Source: Azolla caroliniana
Lineage: Eukaryota > Plantae > Polypodiophyta
Assembly: GCA_043228905.1 (NCBI GenBank)
Contig: JBHGNT010000001.1
Location: 3,348,001-3,412,000, forward strand
Length of the DNA: 64,000 bases
Direction of reading: 5' to 3'
The notes beneath the pieces are model-generated. The model was given only the letters and a program-made list of their open reading frames with translations. It ran no database searches and had not been told where the DNA came from. Within the stretch, counting starts at the first letter, position 1. The number at the start of each line of letters is the position of its first letter. Shown here piece after piece: positions 38,362 through 51,000 of the stretch. Position numbers and translations under genes: made by a program.

Positions 38362-39145
38362 TGTCATGATATGGCAAGATATGTTACATGGGTCGAGCTA
38401 TTGACCATTAGACTATATATTATAATACGAAAAATATTATTTTCATTTAAGTTTTACTATGAAAATTGATGTATATTCTAGATTTCTCAAGAACATTCTA
38501 GAAACTTTAGGAGTACTCCTAAGAACACTATAAAAGGAGTCACAAGGCATTATTTCGAACCAAATCGGTTCAACGCCAGTCTTAAGCCTCCTCGCTACTA
38601 TTGTATATTCTCTTAACATAATATATATATTTTGTTATCACCATTCTCTCTCTCTCACACACACACACACACACTCACTCTTTCCTTCTCTCGAGAGTTC
38701 TACACCTCCCTTAGTATAATCCTCATCTTTTAGTACTAATTCCTTCTCTGTCTTAGTACTGTTCCTAACAGTTTGAACCAAATTTGTCTTCTTCCTTCTC
38801 TTCCTTTATCTTCTTACTTCTCCCTTCCTTCATACTAATATCTTATTCCTCTTTCCTCTCATACTATGGCCACTGTTAGTGCTCAAGAAAATCAATCGTT
38901 TTTTTGGAGTTGCAATGCTTGAAAGAGAAGTTTCTCGTATTGGAACAAGAAAATCAACGATTGTTGGGGGAGCTTCAACAAATCTCCTTAGAGAAGCAAC
39001 CGACGCAACAATAACACGGGGAATTAGCGTTACGCGTGCAATAACTCGAAGTAACCATAGTAGCAATGCAACAAGGACCCAGTACGCAAGGGGTTCATAA
39101 AGAACCCAATACCGACCTTCCCATGAAATTCGATGGAACGTGATC
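38362..39145 (+). mobile_element. Tcn1-like chromovirus 5' LTR (38362-38770) plus truncated gag start
   Basis: TGTCA...TAACA with TATAAAAG at 38529; downstream disrupted reading MATVSAQENQ..LEQENQRLLGELQ..KEPNTDLPMKFDGT resembles the KEPxIxLPEKFDGT motif of chromovirus Gag. Confidence 0.65.
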
Positions 39146-40815
39146 TCATTCTTTATAAAATAAAGTTTTCCATAATATATATTTCTTATGAGGAGAAGAT
39201 GCCCCTCACACATTCCATGATACCACTTTCATTTAACATCTTTAGTAAGAACCTGTTCTTTAAGAGCAAGTGTATTCATGAATCTGCATAAGGATTTGTG
39301 TGTACTACATCCCCACCACCAATAATGGGGTTTCATTGTCTAGCTCCACGAGAACGAAGTCCTTGATTAAATTGAGGTTGCACCACCCTTCCCGAAGAAT
39401 CAAATTGTAATTGGTTGGACAATCTCTGATTTCGCACTTGTAGCCAAGGATTTTTCTTAAAGCCCTCATTCAATCTCAAATTATCTTTTGGTAATGCCTT
39501 ACCGTTAGTATTTTCCGTGTCCCTTTGTATGGCGACACCCTTCCCTTGTATCTTATGCTTCACTTGATGCCACTCTCCATCTTCAACATCTGGGTCATCA
39601 TTAATACATACTCCATTCTCCTCCCCAACACTTGTGACATGACCATGAACTTTAAGATCTTGCTCTAACCCATGAGATGTTCCCTCATACATGCCCATAT
39701 CAACCGTTGAGACAATATCCTTCTCAACATCTTCTTTATTTTTCCCTTTGACATAATTTTCCTGGGATAGTTCACCATGATATTGGCATTCAACCATAAA
39801 ATGCCCCAATTTACCACATTTAAAACAATGCCCTTCAAAAGTCTCCCATTGAAGCTTAAAACGAAATCGACCAAATTGAGATGTATCTATACTCAACCAT
39901 CCTGGAAGTTTACAACTTGTATCCCATAACATGCAAAATTTGCATTTGTTCAACTAATTAACATAAAGGAGCAACCAAAATTTTACCAATTTGAGACATC
40001 AATTCTAGTAGTAAATCCCAAAAGAATGATTTACTACAATCAACGGTCACCCAATTTGGACATTGTTCTTTTAATAAATCTTTATAATCCACCACCGGAA
40101 CCCATTCCATCAAATCCACTAATCTTCTATCAAAAAAGATTGGTACCTTTGCCGTCAAAGTCGTACGATGTTCTGATGATCATAGAAACCTCTTGGACCC
40201 ACATACACATTCTCAACACAATTAGGCATTATGAATGAATTCGAACCACTGCTTAATCCATGATACCAAATGAAGTTTGCTAGTGAAATACAAAATAACA
40301 CCACGATCATAAAACCTGTCAAAAATTGCTAACATAGTCACCACCTCTACAACATCCTCCTCCACACAATCTTTAGCATCTTTCTCATTTTTTTCCATAA
40401 AATCAGAAAGTAAAGCCTTAACAAAATTACGACGACTGTCAATATCATAATCATCCCCAATAACATCTTTCCCACCAAGAATAGTAGTATATGATATTTT
40501 CTCATGGTTGGTAGAATTGATACATTTTTTCCTTTTGTAATTTTCACCACCATCATTACTATCACATCCATCGAGAATCATCAACTCACTTCATGTTGTC
40601 ATGTCAGCCATCCTAATAGAGATTGAGAGAACTAACTTAAGATGATGACAACTTTCCTTGTAGCTTCTTGTAGTGACCACAAAACTTAATGTCCAAAAAT
40701 TCTTGGAAAGCTCTCTGAATGAGCTTCGCAACGAGCCAAAAATCATAAAATACGGAGTTCTAAGTACAAAGTTATATCGGAAACATCTTTCCAGGCTAAT
40801 ATTGGAACGTCATCG
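39146..40815 (-). mobile_element. 5' part of a second L1 LINE (ORF1 and first codons of ORF2), related to 11546-16880
   Basis: ORF1 pieces 40584-40222, 40158-39958 and 39953-39333 with CFKCGKLGHFMVEC; ORF2 start MKVVSWNV*G at 39232, truncated. Confidence 0.88.
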
Positions 40816-40850
<35 letters not shown>

Positions 40851-41027
40851 GAAAGTTCTATAATGCTATTAAAAAACCTAAATATGCATTTGAGAAAATG
40901 ATCCCCACATGCTCTAACATCAAAAAATTCCACATGAGAATACCTTTTAGATTCTTTATATAGGCTTTCACCCCATGTCTATTATCAAACATGAAAGCAT
41001 TACGCTTCTCTCTCTCTCTCTCTCTCT

Positions 41028-42167
41028 AAGTTCACTCCGGCCATCATTTTCTACATTCTATAGCTCGTTGGAAAGCTCTTTCAGAGAGCTTTCTAAAGAA
41101 TGTCCATTTACTAAATTCCATTACCGTGGCGAGAAGTTATGAGCATTTTCATCCGCAGTCATCTTTGCCCCACGGTTCCTCAAACGCAAGGTAGATTTTG
41201 AAGCCTTAAATCGAGTGAAAGGTACATTGTCTCTCCTCCCTCTCTGTCTCTCTCTTCCCGTAAAGTTTGTCCCTACAATGGCAAACACTCGTAAAGCTGC
41301 CACAAAGTTCGGGGGTATGATTGATAATGAGTCGAGATCACCAACAAATCTTGATTCCAATGCAATGGACAAAATGCTTATGAGTCACTTGATTTCTCTT
41401 CAAGAAACCATAAACAAGCAAGGTGAAGACATTAGGACATTAATGAAAGAGAATGTTAAGCTCCAAATTGTTGTCATCGAGAATGAAAGTCTTAAGCAAG
41501 TGGTTGCAAAACTTCAAGAAGAGATTCAAGAATGTAAAAGAGTTTCTTACGAAACAAATGAGCGTCTTAACAAGATTGAGTTAAAGGAAGCATTAAAAGA
41601 AGAAAAATTGGACACGATGAGGTGGGATGTAAGTGAGATGAAAAATGTATATACAACAAAGTCATGGACCGATGTATGTGGTGGGGATGTGGTATCAAAC
41701 TCATCTAATATGCATGTGATGCATCAAGAGAAGAATATAGAAAGCATAGATGTCTGAGAATTGAAAGAACGTGAATGACGATCAAAGAACATTGTCGTCC
41801 GTGGGATTAAAGAAGAGAGTATGGAAACACCCGCATCCCTTAGAAAGGCCATTGGTGAATTTTTTAGCATGCATTTGGGATGTCAGATGTGAATGTATAT
41901 GGGGCACACCGAGTTGGGAAACATGGTGTTAATTGCTTCGGAGAAAGGCCTATTGTATGCACAATGAAAGATGATACAAAGCGACGGATCATACTCGAAA
42001 ATAGTTGGGTATACCTCAAAGGTACGCAATGCTTTGTGAGTGAAGATCGTAATATCTCACAATAAAATGCTCATCGTAAAGCATATGAAGAAGGATTGAA
42101 AATTAAGGTTAAGGATGGGCCTAAAGATGGAAATGTAGGCAAATAGGGACACGTGACCTATTAGACT
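41028..42167 (+). mobile_element. LINE G, 5' part: disrupted ORF1 of coiled-coil + RRM + CTD type (41278-42146)
   Basis: Coiled coil, then RE*RSKNIVVRGIKE..AHRVGK..RPIVC..KRRIILEN..LKGTQCFVSED; interrupted by copia A at TSD AGACT. Confidence 0.8.
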
Positions 42168-42664
42168 TGTCGGGAACCCAACGTTCCTTATGCGCAACGC
42201 TAGGCCACAACCGAGATTATTTTCATACACAGAAAACGGGAAATAGAACACAACACAAAGAAGAGAAATGGTACACAGGAGGTTAACGTGGAAAACCCCA
42301 AACTAGGGGAAAAACCACGACAGCCCACAGGCTGCAAACTGTCACTATGTATGAATGTACAAAATAGTGAGTACACGGAGGCAACGACCTCGGGCTCATG
42401 ATCTTCGCCACAGGCGGCGGTTACAACAGAGGCAACGACCTCGTTCTCTCTCTCTCTCCCTCTCTGTACAGTTACGCGCTCTCTCTTCTTCTTGCACCAA
42501 CAAGGAAGAATGACCACCACAAAAAAACATGACTAAAAGTTTGCCCTAAGTCATATTTATACTAATATGACTTTTCGGCTATTTACAAATGTAGCCACAA
42601 TGGTCTCTCAGAAACATATTTACGAATATGTCTCTTCCTCCGGTTCATACCGGTTCTGCACCAT

Positions 42665-43070
42665 CCGGCTCTCCGTAGCCGGGTACTCCTCATCCGGTTC
42701 ACACCGGGCCTGTATCATCCGGCTCTCCGTAGCCAGGTACTCCTCATCCGGTTCACACCGGGCCTGTATCATCCGGCTCTCCGTAGCCGGGTACTATTCA
42801 TCCGGTTCACACCGGGCCTGTATCATCCGACTCTCCATAGTCAGGTACTCCTCATCCGGTTCACACCGGGCCTGTATCATCCGGCTCTCCGTAGCCAGGT
42901 ACTCCTCATCCGGTTCACACCGGGCCTGTATCATCCGGCTCTCCGTAGCCAGGTACTCCTCATCCGGTTCACACCGGGCCTGTATCATCCGGCTCTCCGT
43001 AGCCAGGTACTCCTCATCCAGTTCACACCGGGCCTATATCATCCGGCTCTCCGTAGCCAGGTACTCCTCA
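42665..43070. repeat. 54-bp tandem array in the U3 of the copia A 3' LTR (7 full units plus a partial); 5 plus a partial in the 5' LTR (~53081-53378)
   Basis: Unit ccggctctccgtagccaggtactcctcatccggttcacaccgggcctgtatcat. Confidence 0.95.
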
Positions 43071-43142
43071 TACCGTTTGTTCGTCGGCACTGTTCTTCTC
43101 CCTTCCCATCTGGAGGGACCTGTCTCCCAACAAACTCCCCCT

Positions 43143-46100
43143 TCACTCCGGCATGGGGTGTCTTACCAGTCCGATCCTCTTCCGGCATGTGTCCAGCTTG
43201 TCGGGTGTCAACACTTTGGTCAGCATATCTGACCCGTTCTTGGCCGTGTGGATCTTCGTCAGTGCGAACTCCTGGTCATCTACTCTTTCCCGGATCCAGT
43301 GATACCTCCGCTGGATATGCTTCGTCCGGGAATGGTAGGCCGCATTCTTAGCAAGGTGGATGGCACTTTGACTGTCGCAGTAGAGTCGGTATTCCTCTTG
43401 CCGGATACGGAGCTTTCCAATGAAGTCCTTCATCCATAATATTTCCTTGCCGGCTTCCACAGCCGCCATGTACTCCGCCTCTGTGGTTGACAATGCAACC
43501 GTCTTCTGCAGCCTCGACTGCCACGAAACAACTCCCCTTGCATATGTCATCACATACCCGGATGTAGACCGACTGGTATCCACATCAGCCGACATGTCCG
43601 AATCGGTGAAACCGTCCAGTTGAGGTTTTCCGGAGCCGAATCGGAGACACATATTTGAAGTGCCCTTCAAATACCGGAGTATCCACTTGACCGCGTTCCA
43701 GTGCTCCTTGCCGGGATTGCTCATAAACCGGCTCACCACTCCGACTGCGTATCCTATATCCGGTCGGGTACAAACCATTGCGTACATCAAGCTCCCGACG
43801 GCAGAGGCATATGGAATCTTCATCATATCTGCCTTCTCTCCTTTCATCTTCGGGCTTTGCTTGCCGGACAGCTTGCAGTTTGCCGGAAGTGTCGATCCGA
43901 CCGGTTTTGCTTCTGACATGTTGAACCGGTGAAGCACCTTTGTCACATACTTCTCCTGTGAATTGCTTCACTGACCAGTCCCGAATGATGTGCATCCCCA
44001 ACATCTGTCTTGCCGGACCCAAGTCTTTCATTGAGAAGGTCCGGTTGAGAGCCTTCTTCAGCATCCGTATTTTGCCTTGGTCTCATCCGACGATCAACAT
44101 GTCATCCACGTACAGGAGGAGTATCAGGAAGTCCCCTCCTTCGAACTTCTTCACAAACACGCAGTGATCGGCCTGCGTATTGTGGTACCCTTGATCGGTC
44201 ATGAAGGAGTCGAACTTCCGGTACCATTGCCGGGGAGCCTGCTGCAGTCCGTACAGGCTCTTCTTCAACCGGCATAGCAGGTGCTCCTTCCCTTTCTCCA
44301 CAAATCCTTCCGATTGCTGCATGTAGATCTCCTCTTTGAGGTCGCCGTGAAGGAATGCCGTTTTCACGTCTAGCTGCTCTACCTCAAGGTTCATGCTTGC
44401 TGCTATACTCAGCACCGTCCGGATGGAGGTCATCTTTACTACCGGGGCAAATATCTCGTCGAAGTCCACACCCTTCTTCTGCTGGAACCCCTTCACCACG
44501 ATCCTGGCTTTGTATCTCGGGGGGTTGCCGGCATCTCTCGGTTTCAACTTGTACACCCACTTGTTTCGGAGTGCCCGCTTTCCTTTCGGCAACTCCACCA
44601 ATTCGTATGTATGGTTCTCATGCAAGGAATCCATCTCGTCCTGCATGGCACTTAACCATTTTCGGCTGTGGGCGTCTTCCTTCACTTCTTCGAAGCTTTC
44701 CGGCTCCCCCTCATCGGTCAGCAGAACATGCTCTGCATCCGGAAATCTCCGGGGCGCCCTTCTCTCTCTAAGAGGATATTTCCGTCTTCGGGCTTCGGTA
44801 ACTGGCTCCTCCATTTGCTCTTCATCCGAATCTGATTCGGGGTCTTGGCCGGTTCTGGTCTCAACTTCCTCTACTTCTTCTTCTGTCGGTTCGGTATCCT
44901 CACCGTAACCGGCTGGTTCCTCCAGTGCTAACCGGTCTCTTGCCGGTTGGGTCTGTTCATAGTAGAGTCTATCCTTACCGGTTGACTCGGAGTTCATTAT
45001 CTTCTTCTCCGACTCCTAGTCGGCGAGCATCTTGTCCTCCATGAAGATAATATCTCGACTCCGGAATACCTTCTTGTCGACCAAGTCCCACACTCGGTAG
45101 CCGAACTCATCGTCACCGTAACCGAGGAATATGCATGGCCGGGTCTTTGGATCTAACTTACCTCTCCGGTCCTTAGCTACATGTACGTAAGCGAGACACC
45201 CGAACACCTTCAGATGCCGGTAGGATACTTCCTTACCGGTCCACACTCTCTGTGGCGTGTCTCCATCCAAGGGTACTGAGGGTGATCTATTTATCACGTA
45301 TGTCGCCGTCGATAGTGCCTCAGCCCAAAACTTTTTGGGTAGTTTTGCATGCGCTAGCATACTCCGGACCCTCTCCATTATGGTCCGGTTCATCCTCTCG
45401 GCCAGTCCGTTTAGTTCCGGTGTCTTCGGCACGGTAAATTCAAGCCGGATTCCCTTCGAGCGGCAGTACTCCTCGAACTGCCCCCGGTACTCTCCTCCGT
45501 TATCTGCTTGAACCGCCTTCAGCTTCCAGCCGGTTTCTCTTTCTACTCTCGCGTGGAGCTCTTTGAAGACGGATAACACCTGATCCTTCGTCTTCAGCGG
45601 TGTGGCCCACAGCTTCCGGCTGTGGTCATCTATGAACGTCACGAAGTACTGCGCTCCGGCATGTGACTTCGTGTCTACTTGACACACATCCGTATGCACC
45701 AACTCCAGTGGTGCATTACGTCTCATCGGTGGCCTTGGTCGGAAGGAGGTCTGGTTCTGCTTACCGGCCAGACAGTCAGTGCACTTCTCTAAGTGCACGT
45801 TCTTCACTGGAATGAGGTTGTCGTCTGCAAGCCTCTTCATCCCCTTCTCGCTCATATGACACAGCCTCTTGTGCCACAGCTCACCGGCAGTGTAGGATGC
45901 CACGTTCACTTCTTCCGGACATAACCGGGCATTCATCAGGTACAACCTGTTTACCTTCCGGGCCCGAGCCACAATCAGGCTCCCTTTGCTGAACTTCATG
46001 ACAGCGTTCCGGATGCTACCCATGTAGCCTTCATCATCTAGCCGACCGACTGATATCATGTTCAGACGAACCTCCGGAACGTGTCGGACATCCTTCAGCA

Positions 46101-47166
46101 CCAACGTGCATCCTGTTGGTGTTGACAGCCACACGTCTCCTATGCCGATAGTTCGGCATGTACCTTCATTCCCCATCCGGACACAGCCGTGGTCACCGGC
46201 TGAGTAGGATGAGAAGCATTTCCGGTCCGGGGTAAGGTGGAACGATGCTCCGGAGTCTACCACCCAGGTCATCTCGTCGCCGGGAAGGTTTATCTCACTC
46301 TCCTCGATGATGAGCATCAACTCCTCTTCACTTGCCGCGATTGCCGTCGTTCCCTTCCGGTCTTTACCGTTCCGGTCCGGGGTTTGCTTCGAATCGGTAC
46401 CATCGGTTTCCTTGTCTTTACGGAAATGCCGACAGTTCTTTTGGAAGTGTCCCGGCTTGCCACAATAGAAGCAAGTAGGCCTCCCCCTTGACTTTGACCG
46501 TGTCCCCGACTTCTCCCGGTTCTGAGGACTACGGTTTCTATGTCTTCCGCGTTCCGATTCGGTAAGGAGCGCTTTGAAGTCAGAGCTCGTATCTTTATCC
46601 TTCTGACGCGCCTCCTCATCTAGCAAGCTCGACTTTACTCTTGCTAGGGATAACCGTTTTCCTTCCGGCCCGGCGTTGCCCAAAGTGACAACCAACGTCT
46701 CCCAGCTATCCGGGAGGGAACCGAGCAGGAGTAGCGCTAGTACCTCGTCGGCAAGAGGTACTTCCAATGACGTTGCCTGGTGTATCAGCCCCTGGAAGGC
46801 ATTCATGTGCTCCGCCATGCTGGAGCCATCTTGGTACCGGAGTCTTACTAGCTTCCGGAATACCGACACCTGATTGACAACATTTTTGTTCTGGAACATT
46901 ATGTCGATCTTCTCCCAGAGCTCATGAGCCTTGCTCTCTTCATTGAAGTTGTTGTATAGGCTCATGTCGATGAAGCACCGTATCTACGCCGTTGTCTTCA
47001 TGTGCATCACCTCCCATATCGCGGCGTCGATTTTGTCCGGTCTCTTGTCCCCGAATTGAACCGACAGCCAGAGGTCTTTAACAACGAGCATGTCCCTCAT
47101 CTTCGACTTCCATACTGAATAGTTGGAGCCGGTGAGCTTGAACATGCCGCCAAATGATTCGTCCAT
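43143..47166 (-). pseudogene. Copia A gag-pol polyprotein (Gag, CCHC, PR, IN, RT, RNase H) with three in-frame stops and one frameshift
   Basis: Stops at 46984, 45016 and 44083; frameshifting deletion near 43960-43980; motifs CFYCGKPGHFQKNC, VVDSGAS, WHKRLCH, ADNGGEY, YVDD, DSDM. Confidence 0.95.
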
Positions 47167-47834
47167 TTTCTGTGTCGATTTCGCTCTGATACCACTTGTC
47201 GGGAACCCAACGTTCCTTATGCGCAACGCTCGGCCACAACCGAGATTATTTTCATACATAGAAAACGGGAAATAGAACACAACACAAAGAAGAGAAATGG
47301 TACACAGGAGGTTAACGTGGAAAACCCCAAACTAGGGGAAAAACCACGGCAGCCCACAGGCTGCAAACTGTCACTATGTATGTGTTGCAATTCCGTGCTC
47401 GGCCACAACCGAGGAACAGGATCGATTCGCAGAAAACGGGAAATACAAGAATGCACGAAGAACAACAGAGAGAAGAGCACACAGGATGTTTACGTGGAAA
47501 ACCCTAAATGGGAAAAAACCACGGGAGTCCTCTAACTCCAACTATCACTATACACAGAGATGTACAATGGTGAGGCTACAAGGCAACAACCTTGAGCTCG
47601 CTGTCCTCGCCACAGGCGGCGGTATTACACAGAGGCAACGACCTCTTCGTCTCTCACTCTCTCTCTCGGCTGCTCTCACTTCTCATGAAAAATGAGCAAC
47701 AACATAAAACTGTTTGCCCTAAGTCATATTTATACACATATGACTTTCGGGCTATTTACAAATATAGCCTCAAGGGCTCTTGGCAAACATATTCACAAAT
47801 ATGTCTCCGCATCCGGATCTCTCTCCGGGTACAT

Positions 47835-47940
47835 TCATCATCCGGTTCCGTAACCGGGGTCTTCATCATCCGGTTCCGTAACCGGGGTCTTCATCATCCG
47901 GCTCCGTAACCGGGGTCTTCATCATCCGGTTCCGTAACCG
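47835..47940. repeat. 28-bp tandem array in the U3 of the copia B LTRs (3 units plus a partial here; 4 plus a partial at ~52572-52705)
   Basis: Unit tcatcatccggttccgtaaccggggtct. Confidence 0.93.
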
Positions 47941-48011
47941 CAACCGGGCTTGCCGTCATTCATCTCCGGACATCCCATCCGGAGGGACCGAAATCCCAAC
48001 AAACTCCCCCT

Positions 48012-51000
48012 TCACTTCGGCATGGGATGTCTCTCCAGTCCGATCCTCTTCCGGCATGCTTCCAGCTTGTCGGGTGTGAGCACCTTGGTCAGCATATCTG
48101 ACCCGTTCTCGTCCGTGTGGACCTTCGTCAGCTCGAACTCCTTGTCTTCTATCCTTTCCCGGATCCAGTGATATCTTCGCTGGATGTGCTTCGTCCGGGA
48201 GTGATAAGCCGCGTTCTTCGCAAGGTGGATGGCACTCTGACTGTCGCAGTAGAGTCGGTACTCCTCCTGCTGGATACCGAGCTCTCTAATGAAGTCCTTC
48301 ATCCATATTATTTCCTTGCCGGCTTCAACAGCTGCCATGTACTCCGCCTCCGTGGTTGACAACGCAACCGTCTTCTGCAGCCTCGACTGCCACGAAACGG
48401 CTCCCCCTGCATAGGTCATCACATACCCTGATGTGGACCGGCTGGTATCTGCATCAGCCGACATATCCGAATCGGTGAAGCCGTCGAGTTCAGGCTTACC
48501 GGAGCCGAATCGGAGGCACACGTTTGTCGTGCCCTTCAGGTATCGGAGTATCCACTTGACCGCGTTCCAATGCTCTTTGCCGGGATTGCTCATGTACCGG
48601 CTCACCACTCCGACTGCGTATCCAATGTCTGGTCTTGTACACACCATTGCGTACATCAAGCTTCCGACAGCAGAGGCATATGGTACTTTCATCATGTCCT
48701 CCTTCTCAGCCTTTGTCTTGGGGCTTTGCTTGCTGGACAACTTGCAGTTTGCCGGGAGGGTCGATCCGACCGGTCTTGCTTCCGACATGTTGAACCGTTT
48801 AAGCACCTTTGTCACGTACTTTTCCTGTGACAGCCACAACTGCTTCTTGCTCCGGTTCCGGATGATGTGCATCCCTAGTATTTGTCTCGCCGGGCCCAAG
48901 TCCTTCATTGAGAAGGTTCGGTGAAGAGCCTTCTTCAGCATCCGTATCTTGACCTGGTCCCGTCCGACGATCAACATGTCGTCCACGTACAGGAGGAGTA
49001 TTAGAGAGTCTCCTCCTTCAAACTTCTTCACAAACACGCAGTGATCAGACTGCGTTTTGTGGTACCCTTCGTCGGTCATGAAGGAGTCGAACTTCCGGTA
49101 CCATTGCCGGGGAGCCTGCTTCAGTCCGTAAAGGCTCTTCTTCAACCGGCATACCAGGTGCTCCTTCCCTTTCTTCTCGAATCCTTCCGGTTGCTGCATG
49201 TAGATCTCTTCTTCGAGGTCACCGTGAAGGAATGCCGTCTTCACGTCCATCTGTTCTACCTCGAGGTCCATGCTTGCTGCTATGCTCAGCACCGTCCGGA
49301 TGGAGGTCATCTTCACTACCGGGGCAAATATCTCGTCGAAGTCGACGCCCTTCTTTTGCTGAAACCCCTTCACCACGATCCTGGCTTTGTATCTCGGGGG
49401 GTTTCCGGCATCTCCCGGTTTCAGCTTGAACACCCACTTGTTTCGAAGTGCCCGCTTTCCTTTCGGCAACTCCACAAGTTCATATGTGTGATTCTCATGC
49501 AGGGAATCCATCTCGTCCTGCATGGCACTCAACCACCTGCGGCTCTGGGTGTCATGTTTTGCTTCTTCAAAACTTTCCGGCTCCCCCTCGTCTGTTAGCA
49601 GCACGTGCTCTGGTTCCGGAAATCTCCGGGGGGCCCTTCTCTCTCTTAGAGGATATCTCCGTTCGGGAGCTTCGGTAACCGGTTCTTCCGATTCTTCTTC
49701 TTCATCGGAATCCATTTCGGGATCGGGGCCGGTTCCGGTATCATTTTCATCTTCTTCGGCCGGTTCTGTTTCTTCACCGTCTTCGGCCGGATCCTCGAGT
49801 GCTAACCGGTCCCTTGCCGGTCGGGACTGCTCCTCGTAGAGTTGATCCTCACCGGTCGACTTTGAGCTCTTCATCTTCTTCTCCGACTCCCAGTCGGCGA
49901 GTGTCTTGTCCTCCATGAAGATGATGTCTCGACTCCTGAATATCTTCTTGTCGACCGGGTCCCATACTCGGTAGCCGAACTCGTCGTCACCGTAACCGAG
50001 GAATATGCATGGCCGGGTCTTTGGATCTAGCTTTCCTCTCCGGTCCTTTGCCACATGCACGTATGCGAGACACCCGAACACCTTCAGATGCCGGTAGGAT
50101 ACTTCCCTACCGGTCCACACTCTCTGCGGCGTGTCTCCGTCCAAAGGTACTGAGGGTGATCTGTTTATCACGTATGTCGCCGTCGACATCGCCTCAGCCC
50201 AAAACCCCTTGGGTAATTTCGCATGCGCCAGCATACTCCGGACCCTCTCCATTATGGTCCGGTTCATCCTCTCGGCCAGCCCGTTCAGTTCCGGCGTCTT
50301 CGGCACAGTAAACTCGAGCCGGATTCCCTTCGAGCGACAGTACTCCTGGAACTGCCCCCGGTATTCCCCTCCGTTATCCGCTCGTATCGCTTTCAGCTTC
50401 TTGCCGGATTCCCTTTCCACTCTCGCGTGGAGTTCTTTGAAGACGGACAACACTTGGTCCTTTGTCTTCAACGGTGCCGTCCACAGCTTCCGGCTGTGGT
50501 CATCAATGAATGTCACGAAGTACTGGGCTCCGCCATGTGACTTCGTTTCTACCTGACACACATCAGTGTGCACCAGCTCCAATGGTGCGCTACGTCTCGT
50601 CGGTGGCCTTGAGTGGAAGGAGGTCCGGTTTTGCTTACCGGCCAGGCAGTCGGTGCACTTCTCCAGGTGCACATGCTTCACTGGAATAAGGTTGTCTTCT
50701 GCAAGCCTCTTCATCCCCTTCTCACTCATGTGGCACAGTCTCTTGTGCCACAGCTCACCGGCAGTGTCGGCTGCCACGTTCAGCTCCTCCGGACAGAGCC
50801 GGGAATTCATCAGGTACAGGGTGTTGACCTTCCGGGCCCGAGCCACTATCAGGCTCCCTTTGCTGAACTTCATGACACCGTTCCGGATGCTACCCGTGTA
50901 GCCTTCATCGTCTAGCCTCCCGGCCGAAATCAGGTTCAATCGAACCTCCGGAACGTGTCGAACATCCTTCAGCAGCATTTTGCATCCGGTCGGGGTTGTC

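Noticed and set aside
42567-43232. CRISPR-like array, or a protein with an 18-aa repeat (RLSVARYSSSGSHRACII)
   Set aside because: Units are contiguous with no unique spacers and there are no cas genes. The array lies inside an LTR, so the ORF is a by-product of a stop-free 54-bp unit.
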